A DNA stretch of 64,000 nucleotides from an uncultured delta proteobacterium (GTDB lineage: Bacteria; Desulfobacterota; Binatia; UBA9968), in the NCBI GenBank assembly GCA_963745035.1, contig CAVUVW010000027.1, positions 256,001-320,000 on the forward strand. Direction: 5' to 3'. Made by a program: the position numbers and the translations under genes. This document shows, piece after piece, positions 30,236 through 42,450 of this stretch. The number at the start of each line of letters is the position of its first letter. Positions within the stretch are counted from its first letter, which is position 1. The notes under the pieces are model-generated. The model made no database searches. It saw nothing but the letters and a program-made list of their open reading frames with translations, and was not told the DNA's origin.

Positions 30236-31069
30236 ATGATGGGATTTGGCAAATGGCTCGCCATTGGCGGACTTGTGATCGCGGCGCTCGCGGCGCCGCC
30301 AAGCTCGATCGCCCAGCAGACCGGATCGGGGTCGGCTGACGAGCTGCTCAAGTCGATCGGCCTCGTCAAACCGGCAATGACCAGCGCGCCGGACTTCAAT
30401 CTGCTCGACGTCAACGGCAGTCCGGTGGGCTTGAGCGGTTATCGCGGCAAAATGGTGCTCCTCAACTTTTGGGCAACCTGGTGCGGACCTTGCCGGGAGG
30501 AGATGCCGTCGATGGAGCAGCTCAGCCGCAATTTCGGCGGGCAGGGGCTCGCGGTCGTCGCGATCAACCAGCGGGAAAATGCCGCGCTCGTCAACAAGTT
30601 CATGAGAACCCATGGGCTGAATTTCACGACGCCTTTGGACACCACCGGCCGCGTCGCCGGCTACTATCGCGTGTACGGCATTCCCGTGAGTTATTTGATC
30701 GACGCCAACGGCCAAGCGATCGGAATGAAGTCCGGGTCGATGGACTGGGCTGCACCCGCGGTCATGCGCGTGTTCCGCAGATTAGTCGGCACGGGCAGCG
30801 ACGCCGGCGCCGCTGCCGGCGGATCGATGAATTTGGAACCGGCGAAGCCGCTGCCGGGCGCGCTCCGCGCCAAAACCAACGGCGTGGTGATCCGCGGCCA
30901 GCAGGACACGCTGGCGGAAGCGCTCGGCAAGGTCGGTCGCGGCGAGGAGCTGATACCGCTCGGCAAAGTCTCCGGCGCCGGCGAGTTTTGGTACATGGTG
31001 AAAACCAAAAGCGGGACGGTGGGTTGGGTGAAGGGCGGAGATGTGGAGGAGGCGAGCACCCGAAAGTGA
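30236..31069 (+). CDS. TlpA/ResA-type thiol-disulfide oxidoreductase with C-terminal SH3-like domain
   Basis: Signal peptide, APDF, NFWATWCGPC and YGIP motifs; C-terminal WYMVKT..G.VGWV. Confidence 0.85.
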   Translation: MMGFGKWLAIGGLVIAALAAPPSSIAQQTGSGSADELLKSIGLVKPAMTSAPDFNLLDVNGSPVGLSGYRGKMVLLNFWATWCGPCREEMPSMEQLSRNFGGQGLAVVAINQRENAALVNKFMRTHGLNFTTPLDTTGRVAGYYRVYGIPVSYLIDANGQAIGMKSGSMDWAAPAVMRVFRRLVGTGSDAGAAAGGSMNLEPAKPLPGALRAKTNGVVIRGQQDTLAEALGKVGRGEELIPLGKVSGAGEFWYMVKTKSGTVGWVKGGDVEEASTRK

Positions 31070-31106
31070 TCGCGGGCGGCTCGAGTACGCGCCCACGTTT
31101 CACGAA

Positions 31107-31141
31107 TGCTATCCTGAGCGGAACGCGAAGGATCTGCTTTT
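31107..31141. repeat. REP-like element, family A half-copy (reverse orientation)
   Basis: TGCTATCCTGAGCGGAACGCGAAGGATCTGCTTTT is close to the reverse complement of 13141-13172. Confidence 0.65.
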
Positions 31142-31213
31142 GTCCGCGTAGCGCTTCAAGGCCAATTTCACTAAAATTTGCCCTGCCGGCGTTGCGCCGG
31201 CAGGAGAACCCCA

Positions 31214-33245
31214 ATGCCCAAGAAGATCCCGATCAAGCTCGAAAAGCACGGCCACGTGCGTGTCGATGACTACTATTGGCTGCGCGAGCGGGAAAATCCT
31301 GAAGTCATCCGCTACTTGGACGAGGAAAATGAGCGCGCAGCAAGGGAAATGGCGCATACGGGGGATTTCGAAGAAAGACTGTTCGAGGAGATCAAAGGCC
31401 GGTTCAAGCAAACCGATATGTCGGTGCCGTACCGGCGCGACGATTATTATTACTACACGCGCTACGAGCACGGGAAAAGAATATCCGATCTATGCGCGCA
31501 AGCGCGGCTCGTTGGATCGGACCGAAGAGATCATGCTCGATGCCAACGCGCTGGCGGAAGGTCATGAGTTTTTCTCCATCGGCGGCTGGGCGGTGAGCGC
31601 GGGGCAGGATATTCTCGCTTACGCCGTCGACACGCAAGGGCGGCGCATCCATACGGCGTATCTCAAAAACCTCGTTACCGGCGAAGTGCTTCCGGATGTG
31701 CTTTCCAACGTCACGGAAAATCTCGTCTGGGCAAACGACAACAAGACGTTATTCTACGCCAAACAGGACCAAACGACCTTGCGCCAGTATCAAATCTACC
31801 GCCATGTGCTCGGCGCCGATCCGGCGGAGGATCAGCTGGTCTTTCAGGAAGACGACGAGACTTTCGTCGCGTACGTTTTCAAAACCAAATCGAAGAGATT
31901 TTTGATGATCGTTGCGGCGCAGACCAACAGCCAGGAGTATCGTTATCTTGACGCCGACCAACCGTTCGGCGAGTTTCGGGTGTTCCTGGCGCGGCGGCGC
32001 GAGCACGAATATCACGTGGATCACTTTGAAGACCGTTTCATCGTGCGCACCAACGAGGGCGCAAAGAACTTTCGCCTGATGGCGACGCCGGTGGATCGAC
32101 CGGAGCGCGAGCATTGGCAAGAGCTCGTCGGCCATCGCGACGACGTTTACCTCGGCGATTTCGAGCTGTTTCGCGATCATCTGGTGCTGGAGGAGCGGGC
32201 GCGCGGGCTCACCCAGATCCGGATCATCCCCTGGTCGGGCGGCGCCGATCATGATCTGGCATTCGCCGAGCCGGCGTATCGCGCCAATCTGAATGTCAAT
32301 TTGCAGTTTGACACGGCGACGGTGCGCTTCGAGTACACGTCGATGAAGACGCCGCCGTCGATCTACGATTACGACATGACGGCGCGGCAAAAAACCTTGC
32401 TTAAGCAGGAAGAGGTCCTCGGCGGTTTTGATCCCGACAATTACGTTACCGAGCGCCTCTACGCTCCCGCGCCGGACGGTACCCTGATTCCGCTATCTCT
32501 GCTTTATCGCAGGGACACGAGCCGAAGCGGTGACAATCCGCTCCTGCTCTACGGCTACGGCTCCTACGGCGCCAGCATCGATGCGGCGTTTTCCTCGCCG
32601 CGGCTGAGCCTGGTCGATCGCGGCTTTGTCTACGTTATCGCGCACGTTCGCGGCGGCCAGGAGATGGGCCGGCGCTGGTACGACGACGGCAAGCTGCTAA
32701 AAAAGAAGAATACGTTCACCGATTTTATCGCCGCGGCGGAATTTCTCATTCGCGAAAATTTCACCAGGCCGGAAAAATTGTTCGCCCTGGGGCGGAGCGC
32801 CGGCGGGCTCCTCATGGGCGCGGTCGCCAACCTGCGCCCGGATCTTTTCGCCGGCATCGTCGCCGAAGTGCCGTTCGTCGACGTGGTGACGACCATGCTC
32901 GATGCGTCGATCCCGCTCACGACCGGCGAGTACGATGAGTGGGGCGATCCCAATCAAAAAGAATTTTACGACTACATGCTGTCCTATTCGCCCTACGACA
33001 ACGTCGAGCGCAAGGCGTATCCGGCGATGCTGATCACCGGCGGCTTGCACGATTCTCAAGTGCAGTATTGGGAGCCGGCGAAGTGGGCGGCGAAGTTGCG
33101 CGAACGTAAAACCGACAACCGCCGCATCCTGCTCAAAACCAACATGGAGGCCGGGCACGGCGGCGCCTCGGGGCGTTTCCGCCGCCATCGCGAAACCGCG
33201 TTCTCCTATCTTTTCTTGCTCGATCTGGCGGGAATCAAAGAATAA
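31214..33245 (+). CDS. ptrB: Oligopeptidase B (S9A), frameshift near 31475
   Basis: RVDDYYWLR, YGYGSYG, HVRGG.E.G, GRSAGG, HDSQV.YWEPAKW and AGHGG motifs. Confidence 0.92.
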
Positions 33246-33346
33246 GCGCCGGACGCGCGCCTTTCTTCGGCGTCGAAATCTGGATCCGCGCAAATCGGCG
33301 CTGTGCCCGCTCGGCTGAATGCGCGCGCCGACACGCAAACCGGGGG

Positions 33347-34675
33347 CTACGCTTTGCGCTCGCGCTTCTTCTCGTGCCAGAGCTTTAAACGCTGGCGGAT
33401 TTCCGCTTCGTACCCGGAATCGTCCGGCGCGTAGTAGCGCCGGCCGGCAAGCTCGTCGGGCAGGTGTTGTTGATCGACCACGTGATTATCGAAATCGTGG
33501 GCGTACTGATAGTCTTTGCCATAGCCGAGATCCCGCATCAGTCCGGTCGGCGCGTTGCGCAAATGGAGCGGCACCGGCAGCGCGCCCCGTTCCTGCACGT
33601 CTTGCGCGGCCGCCAGCATGGCTTTGTAGGAGGCGTTCGATTTTGGCGCGCTGGCCAGATACGTCACGGCTTGGGCCATGGGAATTCTTCCTTCGGGCAG
33701 GCCGACAAAATGCACCGCGTCCTTGGCCGCGACCGCGACTTGGAGGGCTTGAGGATCGGCGTTGCCGATGTCCTCGGCGGCGAAGATCACCATGCGCCGG
33801 ACGATGAACAGCGGATCCTCCCCGGCCTCGATCATGCGCATCATCCAGTAGAGCGCGGCGTCGGGGTCGCTGCCGCGCATGCTCTTGATGAACGCGGAAA
33901 TGACGTTGTAGTGCTCCTCGCCGGCCTTGTCGTAGCGCAGCGCGCGGCTTTGCAGCGCCTCCTGGATCTGCGCCAGGCCGATCTCTTCCCGTCCTTCGCT
34001 CTCGGCCAGCGACGCGGCATTTTCCAGGGCGTTCAGAGCGACGCGGCAGTCTCCCTGGGATTGCCCGATCAGAAAGTCTCGGCCCTCGGCGGACAGCCGG
34101 AGGCGCGACTTTCCCAGACCGCGTTTTTCGTCGCGCAGCGCGCGGTCGACGATCTTTCCCACGTCGGCCGGCGAGAGAGTTTTCAGCACCAGCACCTGGC
34201 AGCGTGAAAGCAGCGGCGAGATCACTTCGAAGGACGGATTCTCCGTCGTCGCGCCGATCAAAACCAGGGTGCCGCGCTCCACATGGGGCAAAAAATTGTC
34301 CTGCTGGGCCTTGTTGAAGTGATGAATCTCGTCGACGAAAAGCACCGTGGGCTGGCCGGCGCGCTGGAGCTGCTCGGCTTCCTGGACGATTCTCTTGAGG
34401 TCCTTGACCCCGGAAGTCACCGCGGAAAAATTTACCGAGACGGCGTTGGCGGATTTGGCGATGAGCCGCGCCAGCGTGGTCTTACCGCTGCCCGGCGGGC
34501 CCCAAAATATCAGCGAGCGGAGCTTGCCGGCGCTCAGCATTCCGCTCAAGAGCTTGCCGGGGCCGAGCAGGTGCTCCTGGCCGACGAACTCGTCGAGACT
34601 CGCCGGACGCATTCGTTCAGCCAGCGGCTGCGCGGAGGTCCGCGGTTGGGACGGCGGCGCTTCGAAGAGGTCCAT
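33347..34675 (-). CDS. rarA: Replication-associated recombination protein A (MgsA/RarA)
   Basis: PLAERMRP, GPPGSGKTT, DEIH, ATTENP, ISAFIKSMRGSD and VPLHLRNAPT motifs. Confidence 0.95.
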   Translation of the reverse strand: MDLFEAPPSQPRTSAQPLAERMRPASLDEFVGQEHLLGPGKLLSGMLSAGKLRSLIFWGPPGSGKTTLARLIAKSANAVSVNFSAVTSGVKDLKRIVQEAEQLQRAGQPTVLFVDEIHHFNKAQQDNFLPHVERGTLVLIGATTENPSFEVISPLLSRCQVLVLKTLSPADVGKIVDRALRDEKRGLGKSRLRLSAEGRDFLIGQSQGDCRVALNALENAASLAESEGREEIGLAQIQEALQSRALRYDKAGEEHYNVISAFIKSMRGSDPDAALYWMMRMIEAGEDPLFIVRRMVIFAAEDIGNADPQALQVAVAAKDAVHFVGLPEGRIPMAQAVTYLASAPKSNASYKAMLAAAQDVQERGALPVPLHLRNAPTGLMRDLGYGKDYQYAHDFDNHVVDQQHLPDELAGRRYYAPDDSGYEAEIRQRLKLWHEKKRERKA

Positions 34676-34793
34676 GCGGTCATGCTAACACAGCTTGGCG
34701 GAAGCGCGACAGGGCGCTTGATTGCGGCTTTCGTTATACCGCCCGGGATGCTATCCTACGGCGGTTTATACGCCGATTTTACGAGCCGAGACT

Positions 34794-35153
34794 ATGAACG
34801 ACAAAGAGAACCCGTCATTTATCCAGGGCGCGACGCCGCGCACGGTGCTGTTCGCGAACTCGTCGATCTCTGGCAAGCTCAGCTACAACCTGCCGGTCAA
34901 GATCGACGGCCACTTCACCGGCGAGATCAAATCGACCGAGCTTCTTGTGATCGGCGCCAACGCGCAGGTCGACGCCCATATTTCGGCGCGCCAAGTCCAT
35001 CTGGAGGGCCGGCTCGTCGGGTCGGTGCAGTCGATGGGTTGTTTTGAATTGCTGCCGGGAGGCTATTTCAAGGGAGAAGCGCGCGTCGGCGAACTGAAAG
35101 TTCACCCGGGCGCAACCTTCGATGGCAATGGAAACGTCTTGGGAGCGGGCTAG
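34794..35153 (+). CDS. Bactofilin (polymer-forming cytoskeletal protein)
   Basis: Beta-helix repeats IDG.F.G.I, L.IG..A.V and GA.F.G. Confidence 0.85.
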   Translation: MNDKENPSFIQGATPRTVLFANSSISGKLSYNLPVKIDGHFTGEIKSTELLVIGANAQVDAHISARQVHLEGRLVGSVQSMGCFELLPGGYFKGEARVGELKVHPGATFDGNGNVLGAG

Positions 35154-35171
35154 ACGGGGGCGATGATCCGG

Positions 35172-35516
35172 TTAACGATCATCGCCGTAGAGACGGGCCG
35201 CCTTACCTGAGCGCTCGCGCAGATAGTAGAGCTTGGCACGCCGGACCCTGCCGCGGGAAACCACTTCCACCCGGTCGATGCGCGGCGAGTGAATCGGAAA
35301 TATTCTCTCCACGCCGACGCCATAGGAGATCTTGCGCACGGTGAACATCGCGCGGCTGCCGGTGCCCGACATGCCGATGACGATGCCCTCGAAGATCTGG
35401 GTCCGTTCCTTTTCGCCTTCGACGATCTTGACGTGAACTCGCACCGTCTCCCCCGGCCGCAGTGCCGGCGGCTGCTGTTTGGCTTGTTGGGCTTCGAGTT
35501 GGCCGACGATATCCAT
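35172..35516 (-). CDS. rplS: 50S ribosomal protein L19
   Basis: [26 protein letters not shown] and [12 protein letters not shown] motifs. Confidence 0.98.
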   Translation of the reverse strand: MDIVGQLEAQQAKQQPPALRPGETVRVHVKIVEGEKERTQIFEGIVIGMSGTGSRAMFTVRKISYGVGVERIFPIHSPRIDRVEVVSRGRVRRAKLYYLRERSGKAARLYGDDR

Positions 35517-35528
35517 AATCCACCCCTA

Positions 35529-36815
35529 TTAACTCCGCTGTCCTAACAGACGATCGAAAATGATCGCCGCGGCCGATCGCACCGAAAGGTGATTATAATC
35601 GCCGCCTCCCTCGATGGCCTCAAGAACGTAGTCGGATTGTAAAAGTATAGTTTCGGTTAAGCCCCACCCGGTGCCGAAAAGGAGGAGAAAGGGCCGAGTT
35701 TCTCTGTGTAGCATGTCTCGGAGCGCAGTGAAAGAGGCGCGGTTTTCTCCGCGCCGCGCCGAAGTCGCGACAACGATCGGTTTTTCTCCGGTTTCGCGTT
35801 CGATGGCGATGATCGCGTCGTCGAGGCTGTCGCAGATCCGCGCCAGGGCGAGCGCTTCCTTGCGCGTGGCGTTGTATTGGCTGCCGTAGCCGCTCTCCCA
35901 GTGTTCGACGATCTTGAGCGCGAGCTTTTGCAAAGCCTTGACCGGCGTGACGACAAAGAACCCGGCCAAGCCGTAGGTGCAACCCGAGCGCGCGATATCG
36001 TGAATGTCCATGTTGGTCACGGCCGTGGTGACGATCTGGCCGTTCTTGTCATAGACCGGATGATGCAGCAGCGCGACATACACCGGGGCGAGAGCGTTCT
36101 TGTCGCCGGGTCGCGCCGCCGCTGGTTCCTGGGTTCTCGCGTACAAGTCCGGGCGGCGCTCGCGCGTGCGCGCGAGACTCTGTTCCCGGCGCCATTGCCG
36201 AACTCGCGCGTGGTCGCCGGAAAGCAAAACTTCGGGCACCTTGAGGCCGCGAAAGTCCTCCGGCCTGGTGTATTGCGGATATTCGAGCAGCCCTTCGGCG
36301 AACGACTCTTCCAGGGCGGAGTTTTCGTTTCCCAGAACGCCGGGAACGAGCCGCGCCACGGCGTCGACCACCGCGTTGGCCGCGGGCTCGCCGCCGCTCA
36401 AGGTGTAGTCGCCGACCGAGATTTCCTCATCGACAAATTCCTTGACCCGCTCATCGATGCCTTCATAGCGGCCGCACACGAGCACGATATTCTGCTCCCG
36501 AGCGAGGCGGCGCGCGGTCTCCTGAGTAAATACTTTTCCCTGGGGGGTCAGCAGAATCACCCGAGCGCTCGGCGCCCGGCTGCGCGCCTGCTCGATAGCC
36601 GCGACCAGCGGCTCGGGCTTCATCACCATGCCTTGGCCGCCGCCGTAAGGATAATCGTCGGTCACGCGATGACGGTCGATTGCGTAATCGCGCGGATCGA
36701 TTTTGTGGAAACCGATAAGCCCCTTTTCCTGGGCCTTTTTCAAGATGCTGTGGCCGAGGAAAGAATCGAACATGCCGGGAAAAATCGTAATCAGGGTGAA
36801 GCTCAGCATCGGCAT
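35529..36815 (-). CDS. trmD: tRNA (guanine37-N1)-methyltransferase TrmD fused to a second SPOUT methyltransferase domain (DUF2168-like)
   Basis: [29 protein letters not shown] and LEYPQYTRP, then [35 protein letters not shown] in the same frame. Confidence 0.93.
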   Translation of the reverse strand: MPMLSFTLITIFPGMFDSFLGHSILKKAQEKGLIGFHKIDPRDYAIDRHRVTDDYPYGGGQGMVMKPEPLVAAIEQARSRAPSARVILLTPQGKVFTQETARRLAREQNIVLVCGRYEGIDERVKEFVDEEISVGDYTLSGGEPAANAVVDAVARLVPGVLGNENSALEESFAEGLLEYPQYTRPEDFRGLKVPEVLLSGDHARVRQWRREQSLARTRERRPDLYARTQEPAAARPGDKNALAPVYVALLHHPVYDKNGQIVTTAVTNMDIHDIARSGCTYGLAGFFVVTPVKALQKLALKIVEHWESGYGSQYNATRKEALALARICDSLDDAIIAIERETGEKPIVVATSARRGENRASFTALRDMLHRETRPFLLLFGTGWGLTETILLQSDYVLEAIEGGGDYNHLSVRSAAAIIFDRLLGQRS

Positions 36816-36838
36816 TCAACGGTCGAAGAGGGCGACGA

Positions 36839-37354
36839 TCAGAGGTCCAATAAGCCGTCGGGTGGATCGATAATCACTCTGCCGGCGGTGAAGTCGACCT
36901 TGTCGATCAATTCTTTGACAGCGGGAATCAGATGCTCTCGACCGGTCCCCTGGACCACGTAAAGCTCGCCTCCGGGAGTCGGCAGGGTGGCGGAGATGAC
37001 TCCGACGCGCTCGCCGGTTACGGAGAAAACTTCGAAGCCGACGACCTGATAGTGATAGTATTCGCCCGGTCCCAGGCTGACGAGCGCTGTCTCGGCGACT
37101 AGCAGCGTGGAGCCGACCCACAGCGCCGCCGCGTCGATGCCGTCGACATCTTTGAGCTTCAGGAGCCATTGATGGCGGTGCGGCCGGCTCGCTTCGATCA
37201 CGCGTGCCGCGGGTTCGGCGCCGTTTTTTTTCAGGAGAACTTCGACCCCGGCCGCGAGGGTCGCGGTTTGACGATTGAAAGGATTGAGCTTTAGCCAGCC
37301 GCCGAGGCCGTGGGTCGTGACGATTTCACCGAGGGGAACGAACGGCTCAGCCAT
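36839..37354 (-). CDS. rimM: 16S rRNA processing protein RimM
   Basis: G.I..THGL.G, EYY.Y..VG and LIPAV motifs; syntenic position. Confidence 0.93.
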   Translation of the reverse strand: MAEPFVPLGEIVTTHGLGGWLKLNPFNRQTATLAAGVEVLLKKNGAEPAARVIEASRPHRHQWLLKLKDVDGIDAAALWVGSTLLVAETALVSLGPGEYYHYQVVGFEVFSVTGERVGVISATLPTPGGELYVVQGTGREHLIPAVKELIDKVDFTAGRVIIDPPDGLLDL

Positions 37355-37374
37355 CGGCGCACGCACGCATGGCG

Positions 37375-37611
37375 CTATTTCTCTTCGAAGATTTCCAGGA
37401 CGACTCTGCGGTTGTCGACGGCGGCCGCGGCGTTGACCAGCGCGCGGATGGACTTGGCGGTGCGCCCCTGCTTGCCGATAATCCGTCCGAGATCCTCCCT
37501 GGCGACCTTGAGCTGTAGCACCGAGGCGCCGTTCTCGGTGGTTTCCGTGATCTCGACCGCGCCCGGATTGGTCGCCAGAGCCTTCGCCAAGTATTGAACC
37601 AGATCCTTCAT
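37375..37611 (-). CDS. khpA: KH-domain RNA-binding protein
   Basis: DLGRIIGKQGRTA motif; lies between rpsP and rimM. Confidence 0.92.
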   Translation of the reverse strand: MKDLVQYLAKALATNPGAVEITETTENGASVLQLKVAREDLGRIIGKQGRTAKSIRALVNAAAAVDNRRVVLEIFEEK

Positions 37612-37621
37612 GAACGGATCT

Positions 37622-37867
37622 CTAGCCGGCCTTGGGCTCTTTCTTGATCAATTCGGAGACTGTCTGGGAAGGCTTGGCGCCTTTTTTAATCCATGCTTCG
37701 ATCTTGTCGCGCTCCAGTTTGACGCCGCCGGTTTTCGCCCGGGGATCGTAAGTCCCCACCTGCTCGATGTAGCGGCCGTCGCGCGGATAGCGCCGGTCGC
37801 TCACGACGATGCGGTAAAAGGGCTTCTTTTTCGCCCCATGCCGGCTCATTCGAATGGTTACGCTCAT
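37622..37867 (-). CDS. rpsP: 30S ribosomal protein S16
   Basis: [23 protein letters not shown] motif. Confidence 0.97.
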   Translation of the reverse strand: MSVTIRMSRHGAKKKPFYRIVVSDRRYPRDGRYIEQVGTYDPRAKTGGVKLERDKIEAWIKKGAKPSQTVSELIKKEPKAG

Positions 37868-37944
37868 GCTTCTCTTTCCTTTGCTTTTCAGGGCGCGGAA
37901 AAGACCCTGACTTCCTTGGCGCGCGCTGGGAACATTGTTTGAGG

Positions 37945-39285
37945 TTAATGAAAAGGGTTGGGCATCCGACCGAGCAGCGAACGCATGCCGCCTTTGCTGA
38001 CCTTCTGCATCATTTTTTTCATTTCCAAAAACTGCTTCATCAGGCGATTGATATCGGTCACGGTCGTACCGCTTCCCTGGGCGATGCGGCGGCGCCGGCT
38101 GCCGTTCAGGATCGCCGGATTGCGCCGCTCCTGAAGCGTCATCGAGTTGATGATCGCCTCGACCCGCTTGAGCTCTTGCTCGGCCTTTTCCGAGTCGACT
38201 TGGGTGGCCAGCTTCTTGCCGCCGGGAATCATCTCGAGCAGGTTGCCGACCGGCCCCATGCGCTTGATCTGCTGGAGCTGGAGCTGAAACTCTTCCAAGG
38301 TGAATTGCTGCTTCTGAAAGGCCTGCTGCAGACGCGCAGCCTCTTTTTGTTCGACGTTCTGCTGAACCTTGTCGATCAACGAAAGCACGTCGCCCATGCC
38401 AAGAATCCGCGACGCCAGCCGGTCGGGATAAAACGGCTCGAGGGCATCGAGCTTTTCGCCGATGCCGGAGAACAGGATCGGCTTGCCGACCATTTGCCGA
38501 ATCGAGAGCGCGGCGCCGCCGCGGGCATCGCCGTCGAGCTTGGTGAGAATCACGCCCGCCAGGCCGAGCTTCCCGTCAAATCCCATGGCCTGGTTGACGG
38601 CATCCTGCCCGGTCATCGAATCGGCCACGAACAAAATCTGGTGCGGCCGGACCGACTCTTTGATCGCCGCCAGCTCCTGCATCAATTCCTCGTCGATGTG
38701 CAGCCGTCCCGCGGTGTCGATCAGCAGCACGTCGCAAAATCGTTGCTTCGCTTCCTGCAAGGCGCGCTGGCAAATCACCACCGGAGAAGTTTCCGGGTTG
38801 GAGTCGTAGACCGGAACCTGGAGCTCGGCGCCGAGGATTTTTAGCTGCTCGATGGCGGCGGGTCGATAGATATCCGCGGGCACCAGATACGGCGCGCGCT
38901 TTTTATCCTTTTTCAAATAACGGGCGAGCTTCGCCAGGGTCGTAGTCTTACCCGAGCCCTGCAAGCCGACGAGCATGATCACGACCGGCGGCGCCGTCTT
39001 GAGATCGAGGTCGCGATACTCGCCGCCGAGCAGCTCGACCATCTCGTCACGGACGATCTTGATAAATTGCTGTTCGGGGGTGAGGCTGCGGAAAACCTCC
39101 TGGCCCATCGATTTAGCTTTGACCGCTTCGAGGAAGTTTTTGACGACCTGGACATGGACGTCGGCTTCCAAGAGCGCCAAGCGCACGTCGCGCAGCGCAT
39201 CATCGATATTGGTCTCGCTGATCTTGCCCTGGCCGCGCAGCCGCTTGAAGGTCAGCTCGAGCTTGTCGGTTAGCGATTCGAACAT
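37945..39285 (-). CDS. ffh: Signal recognition particle protein
   Basis: [38 protein letters not shown] and SR..RIA.GSG motifs. Confidence 0.97.
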   Translation of the reverse strand: MFESLTDKLELTFKRLRGQGKISETNIDDALRDVRLALLEADVHVQVVKNFLEAVKAKSMGQEVFRSLTPEQQFIKIVRDEMVELLGGEYRDLDLKTAPPVVIMLVGLQGSGKTTTLAKLARYLKKDKKRAPYLVPADIYRPAAIEQLKILGAELQVPVYDSNPETSPVVICQRALQEAKQRFCDVLLIDTAGRLHIDEELMQELAAIKESVRPHQILFVADSMTGQDAVNQAMGFDGKLGLAGVILTKLDGDARGGAALSIRQMVGKPILFSGIGEKLDALEPFYPDRLASRILGMGDVLSLIDKVQQNVEQKEAARLQQAFQKQQFTLEEFQLQLQQIKRMGPVGNLLEMIPGGKKLATQVDSEKAEQELKRVEAIINSMTLQERRNPAILNGSRRRRIAQGSGTTVTDINRLMKQFLEMKKMMQKVSKGGMRSLLGRMPNPFH

Positions 39286-39376
39286 GTAGAAAGAAGCTAA
39301 ATTACGATATTTTCAAGGAAAAGTTTCAGAGCAAAGTAATATGAAAATATTTCTCGAGTCAAGGAAAGACGAGAAC

Positions 39377-39418
39377 AAAAAGGCCCGTTACGCAGGGCTT
39401 AAGCGCGCGTAGCGGGCC
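39377..39418 (-). terminator. Rho-independent terminator after groEL
   Basis: Minus strand GGCCCGCTACGC-loop-GCGTAACGGGCC followed by TTTTT. Confidence 0.65.
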
Positions 39419-39448
39419 CGATACCGTGCGATCGAATCAGAGCGCGGC

Positions 39449-41433
<1,985 letters not shown>

Positions 41434-41525
41434 TTCCTGCCTCCTTTCGAGATCCGACTAGATTAATGATTTTAAGGATTTGGCTTGGCTTATCGTAGGC
41501 GAGAAAAGCCGGTTTAAACCCAAAC

Positions 41526-41561
41526 CGCGATGAATCTAAGCATCGCGTTTTTCCATGTCAA
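41526..41561 (-). promoter_or_regulatory. Putative sigma70 promoter of groESL overlapped by an inverted repeat
   Basis: Minus strand TTGACA-17bp-TAGATT; palindrome CGCGATG-N8-CATCGCG at 41526-41547. Confidence 0.55.
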
Positions 41562-41612
41562 GCTTTTTTGTATGATTTCACGCGGTCCGGCGGCGTCCGG
41601 CGCTGCCGGACG

Positions 41613-41888
41613 CTATTTGCGTTGCTTGCGCGCCTCCTCCTCGAAATATTTTCGGTACAGAATGTCCCATTCACGGCTGCCGGACGGCACGGGCCGCGAC
41701 AGCGACGCTATTTTCCGCCGGACGATCTCATCGATGTGATCATCGCGTTGAAAAAAATCACGCAGCGCGAGCTTGGTCTCCGCCAGGGAGCGGCCTTCGT
41801 TGGGAAACTCGCCGAGCTTGGCTTTACGCAATCCGTCCAACACGAGATGGGCCAGATGCGAGATGCGGTTTTCCGACAAACGGTTCAT
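41613..41888 (-). CDS. DUF507 family protein
   Basis: RLSE.RI..LA, VR.KI.S..R....GS.EWD.LY.KY.EEE motif. Confidence 0.8.
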   Translation of the reverse strand: MNRLSENRISHLAHLVLDGLRKAKLGEFPNEGRSLAETKLALRDFFQRDDHIDEIVRRKIASLSRPVPSGSREWDILYRKYFEEEARKQRK

Positions 41889-42160
41889 AGAATGAAGCCC
41901 TTTTTCGCCGCGAGTTTTTGCTTGGCGAGCAGATACATTTTGTAGGAATCCATGTCCCGCGTCGCCCGGGCATGAGCGGCGAGCATCTTGCGCGCTTCTT
42001 CTTCGATCGCCTCCTCTTCGGCGAAATTATGCGCGATGATCTCGGCGATTTTCTTTTTGATCAGCGCGCCGTCGGCCTTGGCGACCATCAGTTCCTTGGC
42101 CCGGTAGGTCGAGACCAACAGCTCCCCCAGCTTCTCAAGCTCTTCCGGCCTGATTTTCAT
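41885..42160 (-). CDS. DUF507 family protein
   Basis: E..IEEEA..ML......MD..KM....K.KLA..KGF.L motif; tandem with its paralog. Confidence 0.8.
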   Translation of the reverse strand: MKIRPEELEKLGELLVSTYRAKELMVAKADGALIKKKIAEIIAHNFAEEEAIEEEARKMLAAHARATRDMDSYKMYLLAKQKLAAKKGFIL

Positions 42161-42164
42161 CGGC

Positions 42165-42450
42165 TGTGAAAATCCTGTGGATAACTCTCCGTGAATCGGT
42201 GCGACAACCGGCAAAATTGTGGGGCACTTTTTTTCTATCTGGCCTCATGAACGATGTCAAACCGGCCCGGTAATCGGCCGGCGAAAACCTTGAAGGATGA
42301 AAAATCTTGTGCTGACAGGGCTTTTTTGCGAAGATACAGATCTTCGACACTTTCATGAAAGCCCCCATCCCGAGTTATTCACAGGATAGTAGAGTTCGCC
42401 GCTGCCGCCGCGTCGCGAGGCCTGTGGAGAAGTGGCGTGGCTGTGCATAA
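42165..42450. promoter_or_regulatory. DnaA-box cluster
   Basis: TGTGGATAA 42176-42184 (perfect), TTATTCACA 42375-42383, TGTGCATAA 42442-42450, near-matches TGTGGAGAA 42423 and TGTGAAAAT 42165. Confidence 0.6.
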
